In this document: positions 38,347 through 48,775 of the stretch, one piece after another
How positions within the stretch are numbered: position 1 is the first letter of the stretch
How the letters are laid out: every line of letters begins with the position of its first letter
DNA from: a virus
Lineage: Duplodnaviria > Caudoviricetes
Reading direction: 5' to 3' (one strand)
Length of the DNA stretch: 56,353 nucleotides
Virus record (IMG/VR): IMGVR_UViG_3300046804_004565
Coordinates: 1 to 56,353 of that record
Made by a program: the position numbers and the translations under genes
The notes under the pieces: generated by a model
The model's input: the letters and a program-made list of their open reading frames with translations, nothing else
Told to the model about the DNA's origin: nothing
The model's database searches: none

Positions 38347-39644
38347 GTTGATAATACTTCTTCGATATGATTCAGATTATCTTGTGATATGGTAGGCGCG
38401 CACCCAACAAAGAATACCAGATCAAGAACCTTGTTGGACTCTGGATACTTCTTGTAGTCGTCGAGGTGTTTGTATCCTTTGTGGACCAACAAGTTTCCAG
38501 CAAAGTAGTTTCTGGTTTGCACACCGTTCTTTTCGAGGAAAGATACAAGCTTTTCCTTCTGCTGCTTGCTTTCGCATATAATAGGCACGCCGAATGGAAC
38601 CCAATCCGTTTCAATAAAGGTATTTGGAAAAGCCAGCCCATTTACATACTTTTTCAAAGATGTTTGGATGGCATCCTTGTTTGATTGGCGGGTCTTGCAG
38701 ATATATTCAAGCTTCTTCAACTGTTCCATACCAATCGCCGCTTGTAAATCAAGTGGCTTTAGATTCCAGCCGATGCGATTGAATACATACTTGTGGTCGA
38801 TGATCAGTTCAGGAAACTCTGGTAGCCAGTTGGAGAATCTGCGGTTGCAGGAACCGTTGCACAATAGATTGGCAACACCAACGCAATAACAATCTCTGCC
38901 CCACGTTCCAAAGCTTCTGGCAATATCAACGATCTCTTGAACGTCGGAGGATACCATACCACCTTCCAGCGTTGTAATCTCGTGAGCAGGATAGAAAGAG
39001 CAGCTTGATGCAATAGCATACTCGTTAAGATACTTACCTCTCCATTTTGATCCAAGAGAGTCGCAGTTATCCAAGATCAGTTTCAGGTCGTGTTTCTTTG
39101 TGAGAGCAAGCATCTCGTCCATATCAGGAGGATTGCCCAGCACTGGACTGAGAAATACCGCTTTGGTTCTTTCATTGATCTTTTCTTCGATCTTCACAAG
39201 ATCAAAGTTCAACGTTGACCATTCGATGTCGATGAATACCGGCGTTAAGTTATTGTGAACAATAGCCGAAACCGTTGTCGGAAACCCGACAGCCGACACA
39301 ATGATTTCATCTCCGTCTTTCCATCCGAAATATTCTTTGCACGCAGCAATCAACAGCAAATTGGCGCTTGATCCGCTATTACAGAAGAAAGAGAACTTGT
39401 TGTTGATATGCTTGCCAAACTCGCGCTCGAATCGTGCACAAGTTTCTCCCGAAGAAGACCATTTGCCAAAAAGAAATGTTTCTATCGCCGCCACAAGCTC
39501 ACTCTTGTCAAAGTAAGCGCCGGAATAGTATATCTTCTTCTTGTCTTTCGCCACAAGATTGTGGGCAAACTTGGGGATAAATCCGTATTTCTCGGACATA
39601 TTATCCACGAACTTTGAAATATCTTCGCGTTGGTTGTTATCCAT
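38334..39644 (-). CDS. rfbH: RfbH/DdhC-like NDP-4-keto-6-deoxyglucose 3-dehydratase (DegT/DnrJ fold)
   Basis: NSGSSANLL, DNCDSLG, SFYPAH (His in place of the Schiff-base Lys), WGRDCYC...C...HKY Fe-S ligands, FAGNL. Confidence 0.85.
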   Translation of the reverse strand: MDNNQREDISKFVDNMSEKYGFIPKFAHNLVAKDKKKIYYSGAYFDKSELVAAIETFLFGKWSSSGETCARFEREFGKHINNKFSFFCNSGSSANLLLIAACKEYFGWKDGDEIIVSAVGFPTTVSAIVHNNLTPVFIDIEWSTLNFDLVKIEEKINERTKAVFLSPVLGNPPDMDEMLALTKKHDLKLILDNCDSLGSKWRGKYLNEYAIASSCSFYPAHEITTLEGGMVSSDVQEIVDIARSFGTWGRDCYCVGVANLLCNGSCNRRFSNWLPEFPELIIDHKYVFNRIGWNLKPLDLQAAIGMEQLKKLEYICKTRQSNKDAIQTSLKKYVNGLAFPNTFIETDWVPFGVPIICESKQQKEKLVSFLEKNGVQTRNYFAGNLLVHKGYKHLDDYKKYPESNKVLDLVFFVGCAPTISQDNLNHIEEVLSTWQN

Positions 39645-39645
39645 A

Positions 39646-40374
39646 TTAGTTGAAATTGCAGGTTTTGTTGAAAAGTTCTTCCCAGTTTATCACAGGGCTC
39701 ATATATTTTGGCTCGCAATGTGTAGAATAACCGGGTAATGGGTTGATGAGGCTACGCCCTTCACTTGTAAGACGAGCAAACTTATCAAAGTCTCTCGTAA
39801 GACCACCAACAACATCGCAGTATTGCACGTGAATGTTGTAATCACGCTTGAATGTCTTGCCGAGGCACGCATATGTGTTGGTCGTGTTTGGAATGGTTTT
39901 CCAATGAACACTTGGCGTGACTCCGACCTTGGACAATAGCTCCTCATACATTGGGTAGAAATATTTATCGTTATGATCGTATAGCGTTATATAGTCTACG
40001 TCAATAAATTTAAATCCCTCTTTTAAGATTTTTGGCCAATTGTGATTATGAAGATAATCATCCTCTACAAAATATATTATGTCATCGTCGGCAAAATCCG
40101 ATTCTTTTGCGACATTCAATAGATTAAGAAAACTCTTGGCATCGTTTCCTCCCTTACGTTCAAACAGCTTGAACTTGCCGTTGTATTTTGGATTTTCAAG
40201 GAAATGACCACTTCCATTCACCTCGCCGTCAAAGCTGATGTTAAGCTCACAATCCTCGTCCATCGTGTTCAGAAAGCTGTTAAAGCATCCTTCGCGGGTA
40301 AAGAAAGATGGTCTTGCCTTGTTGGCAGAATTGCTTGAAAACTTGCAGTGTCTGGCAAATATCTTGATTTTCAT
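39646..40374 (-). CDS. GT-A fold glycosyltransferase-like
   Basis: IIYFVEDDYLH, TLYDH. Confidence 0.7.
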   Translation of the reverse strand: MKIKIFARHCKFSSNSANKARPSFFTREGCFNSFLNTMDEDCELNISFDGEVNGSGHFLENPKYNGKFKLFERKGGNDAKSFLNLLNVAKESDFADDDIIYFVEDDYLHNHNWPKILKEGFKFIDVDYITLYDHNDKYFYPMYEELLSKVGVTPSVHWKTIPNTTNTYACLGKTFKRDYNIHVQYCDVVGGLTRDFDKFARLTSEGRSLINPLPGYSTHCEPKYMSPVINWEELFNKTCNFN

Positions 40375-41132
40375 TCTATATTAATGTTCAGATATGGTTC
40401 AACGGTATTGTATTCGAACCCGAATATCTTGTCTTTTCCTGTGAATGGTCCCGCAAACTCTTCGTTTACGGCAGAAACCCAATCTCTGTCCTTGTTATGG
40501 CTCCAGCAGCTTACCTTCTTGATCATAGCTTCTTTGGATCTTACCCAAGAATAGTGGTGTATGAAAGGCTTGCCGTTGTGCGTAACATTTCTCGCTCTCT
40601 GATTGTATGGCACATAATCAAACACACCAGAACGCTCGTTTTCGTGGAATATGAACTGATCTTGTGTGTATATTCCATTTTCCACCAACGCGATTGAATC
40701 TTGCCAATCCTTGCACTGATACTTGAAATCTCTGAAGTAAAAATAGTTTGCCAGTTTATAGCTTGTCAGCAGTTTGCCTTGTTGCTCTGCCCACCAAGCA
40801 CTGAACTCTTCTGGCACGATTATTTCGTCCGTGTCAAGAAACATAAAATAATCCGTACCTTCTGGGGCAAGCATTATCCCTATTTTTCTTGATGCATTGC
40901 AATGCCATCTGGAACTTGATCCTTTGTAATAATCAAACTGCACAAATTCTGCTTTTGGATTTTCATTAGCGGAGCGCAGCAATAGCGCCTGATCCTGCTC
41001 TGTTCCATCGTGAAAATGGGTACAGAATGGAACAATCACCTTGTGCGACACTTTCAAAGCTGCGTCAACGCAAGGCTTCAAAAACATATAATCGTTGGTG
41101 CAATAATTGATGATTGTGGTAATTTTTTTCAT
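40371..41132 (-). CDS. GT-A fold glycosyltransferase-like
   Basis: FLDTDE, HHYSWVR; start set at MKKITT. Confidence 0.72.
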   Translation of the reverse strand: MKKITTIINYCTNDYMFLKPCVDAALKVSHKVIVPFCTHFHDGTEQDQALLLRSANENPKAEFVQFDYYKGSSSRWHCNASRKIGIMLAPEGTDYFMFLDTDEIIVPEEFSAWWAEQQGKLLTSYKLANYFYFRDFKYQCKDWQDSIALVENGIYTQDQFIFHENERSGVFDYVPYNQRARNVTHNGKPFIHHYSWVRSKEAMIKKVSCWSHNKDRDWVSAVNEEFAGPFTGKDKIFGFEYNTVEPYLNINIE

Positions 41133-42073
41133 TTGATGAATACTTCCTCGAATTGTTTCATTACATTTTGTGGAGAAAATCTGACAGAATATCTGTCCCA
41201 ATCGACGTTGTTGATGTAATTCTTGTCTATCTGTAGAAGGTATGCTAGGACATCATCCCCGTTTTTATACAACAAGGCACGATCACCCAGCATATCAATG
41301 TGCGCACGCATATACCATCCATACGGAGCATCATATGTAAATATGGGTTTATTGCGAGAAGAAAATTCTCCAACTGCCAATCCGAATGTTTCTCCATCCG
41401 ATCTACCGTGGAGCATAGCGTCCGAAGTATTAATGAACTTTGTCTTGTAAAGATTGCTGTGATTGAACGGGAGAAATTTGGTACGCGGATGATCCGTGAA
41501 TTTTTCCGTGTTCAAAAATATTGCCCACAGGTCGTTTCTTCTGTTCAAAGCTTCGACCAATGCGTGTTGAACAAATGGAATATCAAACTGCTTGTAGCCT
41601 CCAAGTCTACCGATCACAAATGCATCGGATGGAATATCCAGTTCATTTCGCAAATTATCGTTCGTATTTGGTAAATTTATGATATGAGGAACCCATTTGG
41701 TATGACCGAATCTTTTGGCCAGCCATTCACTAACTCCAGCATACACATTTCCGTGCGGCTCTGTCATGCTGAATATGCAGTGAATTGCGGTCCTACAGTT
41801 TGTTGGAGTTACTCCTTCATTTCTTCCTCCAGCTTTGGCAAAATAGAACACATCTATCTTTTCTTTGTCGATGATGCTCTGTATTTCAGACTCGTTTTCA
41901 TACAATATTGTTTTGAATTCCGAATATCTTTCTGGCGGACACGTGGATTTCAATCTGGAACTCATTACTATTGGTTCTGCGCCAAAAATATCTCTTATAC
42001 CGGCGGAGTAATCGTATGTGACCGTGCCGCACCCTCTGTGGTCAAGCTGTTCAACGTGGACTGCTATTTTCAT
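41129..42073 (-). CDS. GT-B (GT4-like) glycosyltransferase
   Basis: DAMLHGRSDGETFGLAVGEF; start set at MKIAVH. Confidence 0.8.
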   Translation of the reverse strand: MKIAVHVEQLDHRGCGTVTYDYSAGIRDIFGAEPIVMSSRLKSTCPPERYSEFKTILYENESEIQSIIDKEKIDVFYFAKAGGRNEGVTPTNCRTAIHCIFSMTEPHGNVYAGVSEWLAKRFGHTKWVPHIINLPNTNDNLRNELDIPSDAFVIGRLGGYKQFDIPFVQHALVEALNRRNDLWAIFLNTEKFTDHPRTKFLPFNHSNLYKTKFINTSDAMLHGRSDGETFGLAVGEFSSRNKPIFTYDAPYGWYMRAHIDMLGDRALLYKNGDDVLAYLLQIDKNYINNVDWDRYSVRFSPQNVMKQFEEVFIK

Positions 42074-42807
42074 GGCACCATTCTCCGCAAAGTATATATT
42101 TCCGGTGATAAATTCTTGAAATTTTTCCAATCATCCCATTTGGCGCTTATGAACTTTCCAGATATGCCGTCGCTTTCGCTGGAAACCAACCATTCAATCA
42201 AAGACAGTGCTGGTTCCGGATCATCACCACCCATACTCTGTTGAACCGCTTTCTTGTATTCTTGCTCTCCAATAACTTCTGGACCGGCGCTGATTGGTCC
42301 ATTTATGATATTTGTCTTGATTGCACCTGGTGCAACTGCGTTTATATCGATGTTGGCTTCTTCCAATGATATCGTTTCCACCAATCTAACAACCGCAGTC
42401 TTTGCAACCGCATATGCTGAAAAATATGCTCGGCCATTTCCGGCACCTCCTCCAGCTAAACAAACTATCTTTGGTCTTATGGCTCTGTCCATCAATGGCA
42501 TAAATGCGCGTATGACATTATATGTTCCATCGAGGTTGATTCTGATAGTTTCAGACCATTTGTCAGCGTTTGTCTTTGATACCTTTCCAAGTTCTCCCTG
42601 CGTTCCAGCACAAGTAATAATTGCATCAAAATGTATGTCGCAATCAAGAAAATATCTTGCCCATTCCTCCACCTCTTCATAATTTGATACATCACATTTG
42701 AACTGAGAAGATCTAGAAAGTCCATATATGGTGTGGCCCTTCACCGAAAGACGATCCGATACCATTTGTCCTATTCCAGAAGTATTACCTGTTAGCAATA
42801 TGTTCAT
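42070..42807 (-). CDS. Short-chain dehydrogenase/reductase
   Basis: TGNTSGIG, CAG, INLDG, YAVAK, NAVAPG. Confidence 0.9.
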   Translation of the reverse strand: MNILLTGNTSGIGQMVSDRLSVKGHTIYGLSRSSQFKCDVSNYEEVEEWARYFLDCDIHFDAIITCAGTQGELGKVSKTNADKWSETIRINLDGTYNVIRAFMPLMDRAIRPKIVCLAGGGAGNGRAYFSAYAVAKTAVVRLVETISLEEANIDINAVAPGAIKTNIINGPISAGPEVIGEQEYKKAVQQSMGGDDPEPALSLIEWLVSSESDGISGKFISAKWDDWKNFKNLSPEIYTLRRMVP

Positions 42808-43528
42808 CGTTTGACTTTTTTATTGATGGAATAAGTTTTATACCTATGTTCATTTGATTGCTGATATCAATCAGCGTATGAATTTCACGCCCAAGAGTAT
42901 CGTTGGTATATGGTCCGCCTGGTTTCAGATAAGACAATTGACCAATTCGTTTATCAGATTGCAACCCTTCGGATACTGCCTTTGAATCTGCTCCAACCAC
43001 TTTGCAAACTGCGTCAATTTCATTGATAAACGCAATAGAACAAGCCAGAAATGAATTAAGCGCGTGCTTGACCATCTCAGCGGATTCCAGATTCATCCAT
43101 AGCTTGTTTGCTTTGATGGGTCTGAACAACTCATCTATCTTTTCATAATATTTGGCATCGCCGCCTATTACAATTCTCTCAGGATTCATAAAGTCATTTA
43201 TTCCCTTGCCTCTTCTCAGATTTTCTGGAGAACACATAATGACCAAATTTGGCCAAAGAGATTGCAATTTCGCGCACGTTCCTACAGGAACTTGGGTAGA
43301 AATTAAAACAATCGTATTATCTTTTGCATAACACAGCACTTTTTCCAATCGTTCAAATATCACACTTGAGTCCGGCTTGCCGTCGCTATAAACGGGAGTA
43401 TCATAACACACCCATATGATTTCGCTCTCATTTACTCTTGTATCTTCCACATTTACTTTGTGGAATTGTTCCATACAAGCGGCGGTGATATATGCCAAAT
43501 GTCCGTGTCCTATCACAGATATATTCAT
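42785..43528 (-). CDS. UDP-glucose/GDP-mannose dehydrogenase-like protein (short, no C-terminal domain)
   Basis: DTP, STQVPVGT, SPENLRRG, SAEMVKHALN, DKRIG. Confidence 0.78.
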   Translation of the reverse strand: MNISVIGHGHLAYITAACMEQFHKVNVEDTRVNESEIIWVCYDTPVYSDGKPDSSVIFERLEKVLCYAKDNTIVLISTQVPVGTCAKLQSLWPNLVIMCSPENLRRGKGINDFMNPERIVIGGDAKYYEKIDELFRPIKANKLWMNLESAEMVKHALNSFLACSIAFINEIDAVCKVVGADSKAVSEGLQSDKRIGQLSYLKPGGPYTNDTLGREIHTLIDISNQMNIGIKLIPSIKKSNDEHIANR

Positions 43529-43531
43529 AAT

Positions 43532-44215
43532 TTATCCCTGTCCCATATTTGCTTCTCTTGACCAGTTTTGATTATAAAACTTGTTCTGAGAAACCTGTCT
43601 TTGGATTGTTTTATCGTGGATGATTGCCCATTCAACTTCTTTTGGAAGAGTTGCCACCGTCACCGCACCCACAATTGTCTCGTGCAATGGCTTTTGCCAT
43701 TGAATTTTAAGACTGTTCTTGTATATGCGAGACTGATAATCGCCGTGATTCCAGTTTACTATTGGCAAGTCACCGAAATGTTCACGTATAGTTCCCAGAT
43801 GCCATCCCCACATAGCGGCATCTTGTGGGGTGGCTCCTCTTACGATGTTGACTCTGGGAACTCTATATAACTCCACCGTCTGGTTTGATCTGAGCAACTC
43901 TTGCATATTTTGCAACAGTTCAGAAGACAAGTATTCATCCGCATCCAATTGCACGATATAGTCACCAACGCAGCGTTTGCTGCCATAGTTCTTGTGCTCG
44001 GCAAAATTCTTGTTCAATGCGTGTTGAACCACGGTAAATCCATAGCTCCTCGCATTGGCAAGTATTTTCTTTGTCTCCTCGTTGTCCGAGAAGTCATCAA
44101 GGATGACAACTTCATCATTCGGAGAATGTGATTCAATATGATCCTTGAGCTTGGAGATCAGAACTCCAAGCTCATCGGTCTCGTTATGGCAGGTTACAAG
44201 ATAACTGATTTTCAC
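43532..44215 (-). CDS. Glycosyltransferase family 2
   Basis: TCHNE, DDFSD, FAEHKN, LDADE, LHE. Confidence 0.85.
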   Translation of the reverse strand: MKISYLVTCHNETDELGVLISKLKDHIESHSPNDEVVILDDFSDNEETKKILANARSYGFTVVQHALNKNFAEHKNYGSKRCVGDYIVQLDADEYLSSELLQNMQELLRSNQTVELYRVPRVNIVRGATPQDAAMWGWHLGTIREHFGDLPIVNWNHGDYQSRIYKNSLKIQWQKPLHETIVGAVTVATLPKEVEWAIIHDKTIQRQVSQNKFYNQNWSREANMGQG

Positions 44216-45510
44216 GAGGAAACTGGTTCAATTTTCTTGAATTTTGGTAATGTGATGGCGACCTTCTTTTCAAACACAGGTAGATGCTTGTCGAGAACTT
44301 CGACCAACTTCTTGGCGGCTTCGTCCAGATTGAACTTCTGCGAATTTTGTGTGCGCAGCTTCTCGGCGTTGGGAACATAGTTGATATAGTTGTTATACAT
44401 ATCTTCCAGCTTCTGAGCAGCGATGCTGTAATTGGCATTGAACCACTGGCCTTCCTTCACCAACCAATCGTTGCAAGCGCTCGGAGGTATATTCACCAAT
44501 GTGCCTGGCAGAAGATTTGATATGTCTTCTGGCAAGAAATCAACGTGACCACTCCATCCTGTTGTAAGCAGAGGCTTGCCGCTCAGAGTTGATTCCAATA
44601 ATGGACGACCAAATCCCTCACCGTGTGTCAAGCTGACATTAACTTTCACCTTTGGATGATTATACAGACGATTCAGTTCTTCCGGAGTCAATTCTCCGTG
44701 GATAACATATACGTTTGGAAGATTGCCGGATATATTGACTCGAATGTCGTGAATCTTTTTCAATATTTCGGCTTTGTCGATTTTTGAGAAGGTGGCGCCG
44801 CTGGTCTTTAAGATCAATGCTGGCGGGTTCTTCTTGTTTTTGAATACTTCACTGAATATCTTCACAAGCATTCCTACATCCTTGCGATCTGCACCCAGTT
44901 CTCCTTGAATCCAGTGACCAACAAACAGATAGCAGAAGTTTTCCGGAATAGCTTCCAATGCCCTGTCAATTTCCGGAGAAGGTTCGGAAGTTTTCCTGTA
45001 TACCGATGTGTCAATTCCCTCGAATATCACTTCAATAGGTTTGTTGACTTGTATCTTTTCAACTGCACCGGTCTTTTCGTCCTTGCGATCATATGCCACC
45101 TTTGCCAATACATCTCTGGAGAAGACGGAGGGAACAATCGTGAGATTCATTCTATTGACACCTTCTACCCATTCTGGCTTTGGAACGGTGCTTTCAATAC
45201 CGGCTGTCACGCCAATATTGAATTTTCCACGGGGCTGGAACTCATTTGGAATGGATACCTGAATAAATAGTTCAGGTTGTGCCGTAAGGTTTGCTGTAAG
45301 AATTCTGCTCTTGATTTCCTTGACCATAGGACGACTTTCGTCATCAAGCATTGTGTTAGGACAAACGCCCCAACGCATAGGAACAATCTTAACGTCAAAC
45401 TTGTCCCACTTGATGATATCTGCCGCGATTGCAAAGCAATGGTCTCCATATCCGCTGCGAGAAGCAATCGGACCTTGGATTACACATACTGGTTTGATTT
45501 CGTTGCTCAT
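44212..45510 (-). CDS. GT-B (GT4) glycosyltransferase
   Basis: SGYG, RKDVG, GEGFGRPLLE, WSGHVDF. Confidence 0.85.
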   Translation of the reverse strand: MSNEIKPVCVIQGPIASRSGYGDHCFAIAADIIKWDKFDVKIVPMRWGVCPNTMLDDESRPMVKEIKSRILTANLTAQPELFIQVSIPNEFQPRGKFNIGVTAGIESTVPKPEWVEGVNRMNLTIVPSVFSRDVLAKVAYDRKDEKTGAVEKIQVNKPIEVIFEGIDTSVYRKTSEPSPEIDRALEAIPENFCYLFVGHWIQGELGADRKDVGMLVKIFSEVFKNKKNPPALILKTSGATFSKIDKAEILKKIHDIRVNISGNLPNVYVIHGELTPEELNRLYNHPKVKVNVSLTHGEGFGRPLLESTLSGKPLLTTGWSGHVDFLPEDISNLLPGTLVNIPPSACNDWLVKEGQWFNANYSIAAQKLEDMYNNYINYVPNAEKLRTQNSQKFNLDEAAKKLVEVLDKHLPVFEKKVAITLPKFKKIEPVSS

Positions 45511-45530
45511 TTATATAACCTTTGTTTTTA

Positions 45531-45881
45531 TTATGGGTTTGTGCCAGCAGTGTTTTGATCATCCTGCTCCGCGAACACGGCGAAGATTTGACTGGTGACA
45601 TCACCGATCTCGTCCTTGTATTCCTGACCCTTGGCTTTCTTTTCCTTGGCGATTTCTATGCGCTTCTCTGTGGCTTCATATACTCTGCCCTTGGCAGCAT
45701 CATCGCTGATCGCCTTTTGCTTTTGTTTTTCGTATGTGGCTTCGATTTCGTTCTTGAGTTCCTTGTCCTCGTCGGAATAACTCTTCATCTCTGCCTTCTT
45801 GTCCTTTTCAAGCTCGAATAATCTCTTGGTGAGATCATAGATTTTGTCTTTTGCCTCGTCGGTTGATAATTTTTTAGCCAT
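45531..45881 (-). CDS. Coiled-coil protein with internal tandem duplication
   Basis: AKDKIYDLT...KDKKA...Y.DE and AKGRVYEAT...KEKKA...YKDE. Confidence 0.65.
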   Translation of the reverse strand: MAKKLSTDEAKDKIYDLTKRLFELEKDKKAEMKSYSDEDKELKNEIEATYEKQKQKAISDDAAKGRVYEATEKRIEIAKEKKAKGQEYKDEIGDVTSQIFAVFAEQDDQNTAGTNP

Positions 45882-45886
45882 AAGTT

Positions 45887-47365
45887 TTATTGATTGAATT
45901 TTGTTAGCACCGCTTCCTTGTCGATTTTTGGCATCGGGAACCCAACTGAATTCGTGAACATAGTATGCCCAACGTATTCATCGTGGCGATGGATATTGAA
46001 ACGCTCTCTGCCTTTCCAATTTGACATCATACCATCCAAACCATCAGCCATCTTTTCGCACATACTCTCGGCGCTCAGTTCTCCTGCGCCAAGCATCCAC
46101 TCTCTTCCCAGCAAGCCATACTCTTCACGCTTTTCCTTGCCGATGAGATACCAATACATGAATGCTTCGGCACAGTCTTCCCAGCGAGCATAATCCGCGA
46201 GGATGTATGGAGTAGGAATGCTGCCTTGCATCATGCGTGCGCCTGGAAATATTGGTGTAACCCACTTTCCGTGCTTCTTGTATCTACCATCCGCATTTGT
46301 TCCCCAACTGTTGTCAAATTCGTATTTGTTTCCATTGTCGTCGGTGAATCCACATTGATCCTGCAATCCACCTGTAACGGTAACCACAATTGGTGTTCCT
46401 GCCATAACGCTCTCGGCGGTTCCAAGACCAAATCCTTCGTTGTCGGAAAGATTTACTGTGATGTCAGCGATGTTATATAGCTGATTCATCTTGTCCGGCA
46501 ATACTTTGTCGGTGCTGAATACAACGTCATAGTTTGGACAATATGCCTGTTTGCAGGCTGGTAGATCCGTGCCGTTCTCGTCCACAGGATTTGTGTGCAA
46601 GAAGAACACGCACTTTTCAGCTTCTTCTTTTGGAAGATTGTCGCAGAATGCTCTGTATGCCAGCAGGATGGTGCTGGTTTGCTTGCGGCGAATGTTGCGA
46701 TTGTTATAAAAAATAACAAACTTATAATCCTTCTTGAAGTATTGCTTGCGAATAAGTGCAAGTTCACTCTTTTCCGGATCTGTTGTGAGAGGACGGAAAG
46801 TCTTGCCATTGATTCCGTGAGGAACATATGTGACTGTGGTTGGCTTGTTCAATGCATTACCGAGTACGCTTTCAACAATGTTCTTGGTCTGCTTGCTGAT
46901 GCAGCCAATCCAATCGCAGCTTTCATAAAATGCACGATTGTACATTGGGTAAGGAAGATCGTCCCAGATACTATAAAAACCGATAGGTAGCTTCTGGCGA
47001 AGCTCTCGCTCGATTTGGTAGAGCCAGCCCCAGAAACGTGGATCAGTAAAATGGAGCAGCGCATCAGGCTTCTCCATCTTGATAACTTCGTTCAGGATAT
47101 TGGCATCGCCATAACCATCCACCGGATAAAGGCGAACATATGAATCCGTTAGACCAGTAGCCTGATTGGTGGCTTGATCAAGATTCATAATCTTGCCCTT
47201 TTCGGGATGGGTGACGCTACCAGCGATCTGAACCCAGTTGTATTTGCCAGCCAGACCCATCACAAACTCTCTTGCCATCGTGGCAATACCAGAATGCATT
47301 CTTAGGTCGTCGCACAGCAGGATAATCTTCTTTCTGTCCTTTTGAGGAATATAACCAGTTGCCAT
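45887..47365 (-). CDS. GT-B (GT4) glycosyltransferase
   Basis: SGIA, VPHG, RNIRRKQ, NEGFGL..AE, TGGLQDQ. Confidence 0.87.
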   Translation of the reverse strand: MATGYIPQKDRKKIILLCDDLRMHSGIATMAREFVMGLAGKYNWVQIAGSVTHPEKGKIMNLDQATNQATGLTDSYVRLYPVDGYGDANILNEVIKMEKPDALLHFTDPRFWGWLYQIERELRQKLPIGFYSIWDDLPYPMYNRAFYESCDWIGCISKQTKNIVESVLGNALNKPTTVTYVPHGINGKTFRPLTTDPEKSELALIRKQYFKKDYKFVIFYNNRNIRRKQTSTILLAYRAFCDNLPKEEAEKCVFFLHTNPVDENGTDLPACKQAYCPNYDVVFSTDKVLPDKMNQLYNIADITVNLSDNEGFGLGTAESVMAGTPIVVTVTGGLQDQCGFTDDNGNKYEFDNSWGTNADGRYKKHGKWVTPIFPGARMMQGSIPTPYILADYARWEDCAEAFMYWYLIGKEKREEYGLLGREWMLGAGELSAESMCEKMADGLDGMMSNWKGRERFNIHRHDEYVGHTMFTNSVGFPMPKIDKEAVLTKFNQ

Positions 47366-47410
47366 ATATAACCGTTGTATTATGATTTAAATTTGATTTC
47401 TGTCAATGTT

Positions 47411-47620
47411 TTAAAATGCAGAACCGCTGATTTGTAGGTCCGTTGTTCCATCAATCTTTGCTTTGAAGTCTGGGTCGTTGGTATACAGATATACACAGCG
47501 ATTGACCAGCTTCTGCAAAGTCATTCCGCTCGACAGTCCAGCTTCCTTAAACGACGTATACTTGTCTTTGAAGAGGTGAACTGATGTGAATGATGTTTCG
47601 TGACTTGTTTTTAGTTTCAT
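47411..47620 (-). CDS. Small protein, possible ribbon-helix-helix DNA binder
   Basis: TSVHL strand followed by two helices (YTSFKE..., LQKLVNRCV). Confidence 0.55.
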   Translation of the reverse strand: MKLKTSHETSFTSVHLFKDKYTSFKEAGLSSGMTLQKLVNRCVYLYTNDPDFKAKIDGTTDLQISGSAF

Positions 47621-47705
47621 ATATATGTGATATAGTTGTTTTCTCTATATACATATATATGACTTTCACTTTTAGCATATATATAAACTATCCAGAGTTT
47701 ATATA

Positions 47706-48710
47706 TTACCCTTCTTTGCCATCACAGTAAAGTTTGCCTTCTGGGCTTTTAAGCGTCTTAAACACGCAATACTTGCAGTTTTTACGAGCTTTGCCAGGAT
47801 TCTTAAGGAACACCGCATCCTTATTATATTCTCCATTAGCATCAAAGCCATTATTTATAAAATCCAAGAAAGCGGTTTCTACTTCACGCATACTTGTCTT
47901 GCCATCTGGTGGAGAAATGCGTTGAATACGTTGCTGTGGGAACTCTACATCTTCTAATAGCTTACGCTTGACAACAAAGAACTCGACTTCGATGTCAGAC
48001 ATAGGAATCTTGAATGTCTGGTGATAGAATCGCTTGTAGAGCAATAGCTGATCGATCTTGGTTCTGTCGGCTTTCTGATACTTGTTCCATCCACGAGTGC
48101 TGGTCTTGAAGTCAAGAATAAGAATCTTTCCCGTAGCCTTCTCTTTCAACACGATATCCAAGAATCCTTTATATAATATATTGCCATTCCGCATAGGAAT
48201 TTCCAGCGGAAGCTCTATACCAACAACTTCATACTTCTTGCTTGGGAAATGTTTGCTGCGCTGCGCATATGACAATACGTGATCAAGGATAATCTTACCA
48301 TCATTTTCAAACTCGGCTATGGTGGCAGAAGTAGTCAAGCCAAGCGCATCAAGCTCATCTTCATTAAGTTTAGATTGCTCTTCATCCGCAATCTTAAGCT
48401 CTTTCAACCCTTCTTCAAACGACTTCTTGAAGATGGAAAAAGTGTCGATACCATCGGCTTCAGTCGCTCCTTGGGTATAAAGAACTCGGAGATACTCCTG
48501 CAATGCTTCGTGTATGCCTGTTCCGAATACTGTGTGTATGCTGGCTTCGTATGGCGCAAGCTTGTCTATGTATGACAACTTCCATTGCATAGGACACTTC
48601 AACCACATAGCATATTGGCTAAAGCTCACGGTTTTGGCTTTCTTAGCCTGTTCTGTTGGAGTAACTTGCGGTTCCTGCTCTGGTTCTGCGTAAAAATCGT
48701 TAATAGACAT
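47706..48710 (-). CDS. PD-(D/E)xK RecB/Cas4-like exonuclease
   Basis: SFSQ...CP, GTGIHEAL, E, GFLD, ILDFKT, QLLLY, CKYC...C. Confidence 0.85.
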   Translation of the reverse strand: MSINDFYAEPEQEPQVTPTEQAKKAKTVSFSQYAMWLKCPMQWKLSYIDKLAPYEASIHTVFGTGIHEALQEYLRVLYTQGATEADGIDTFSIFKKSFEEGLKELKIADEEQSKLNEDELDALGLTTSATIAEFENDGKIILDHVLSYAQRSKHFPSKKYEVVGIELPLEIPMRNGNILYKGFLDIVLKEKATGKILILDFKTSTRGWNKYQKADRTKIDQLLLYKRFYHQTFKIPMSDIEVEFFVVKRKLLEDVEFPQQRIQRISPPDGKTSMREVETAFLDFINNGFDANGEYNKDAVFLKNPGKARKNCKYCVFKTLKSPEGKLYCDGKEG

Positions 48711-48775
48711 AATGGAAGTATATAGTAAAAGGTTTTATGATGTCAATCATCAAATGGTTATATTTATTTAGATAA

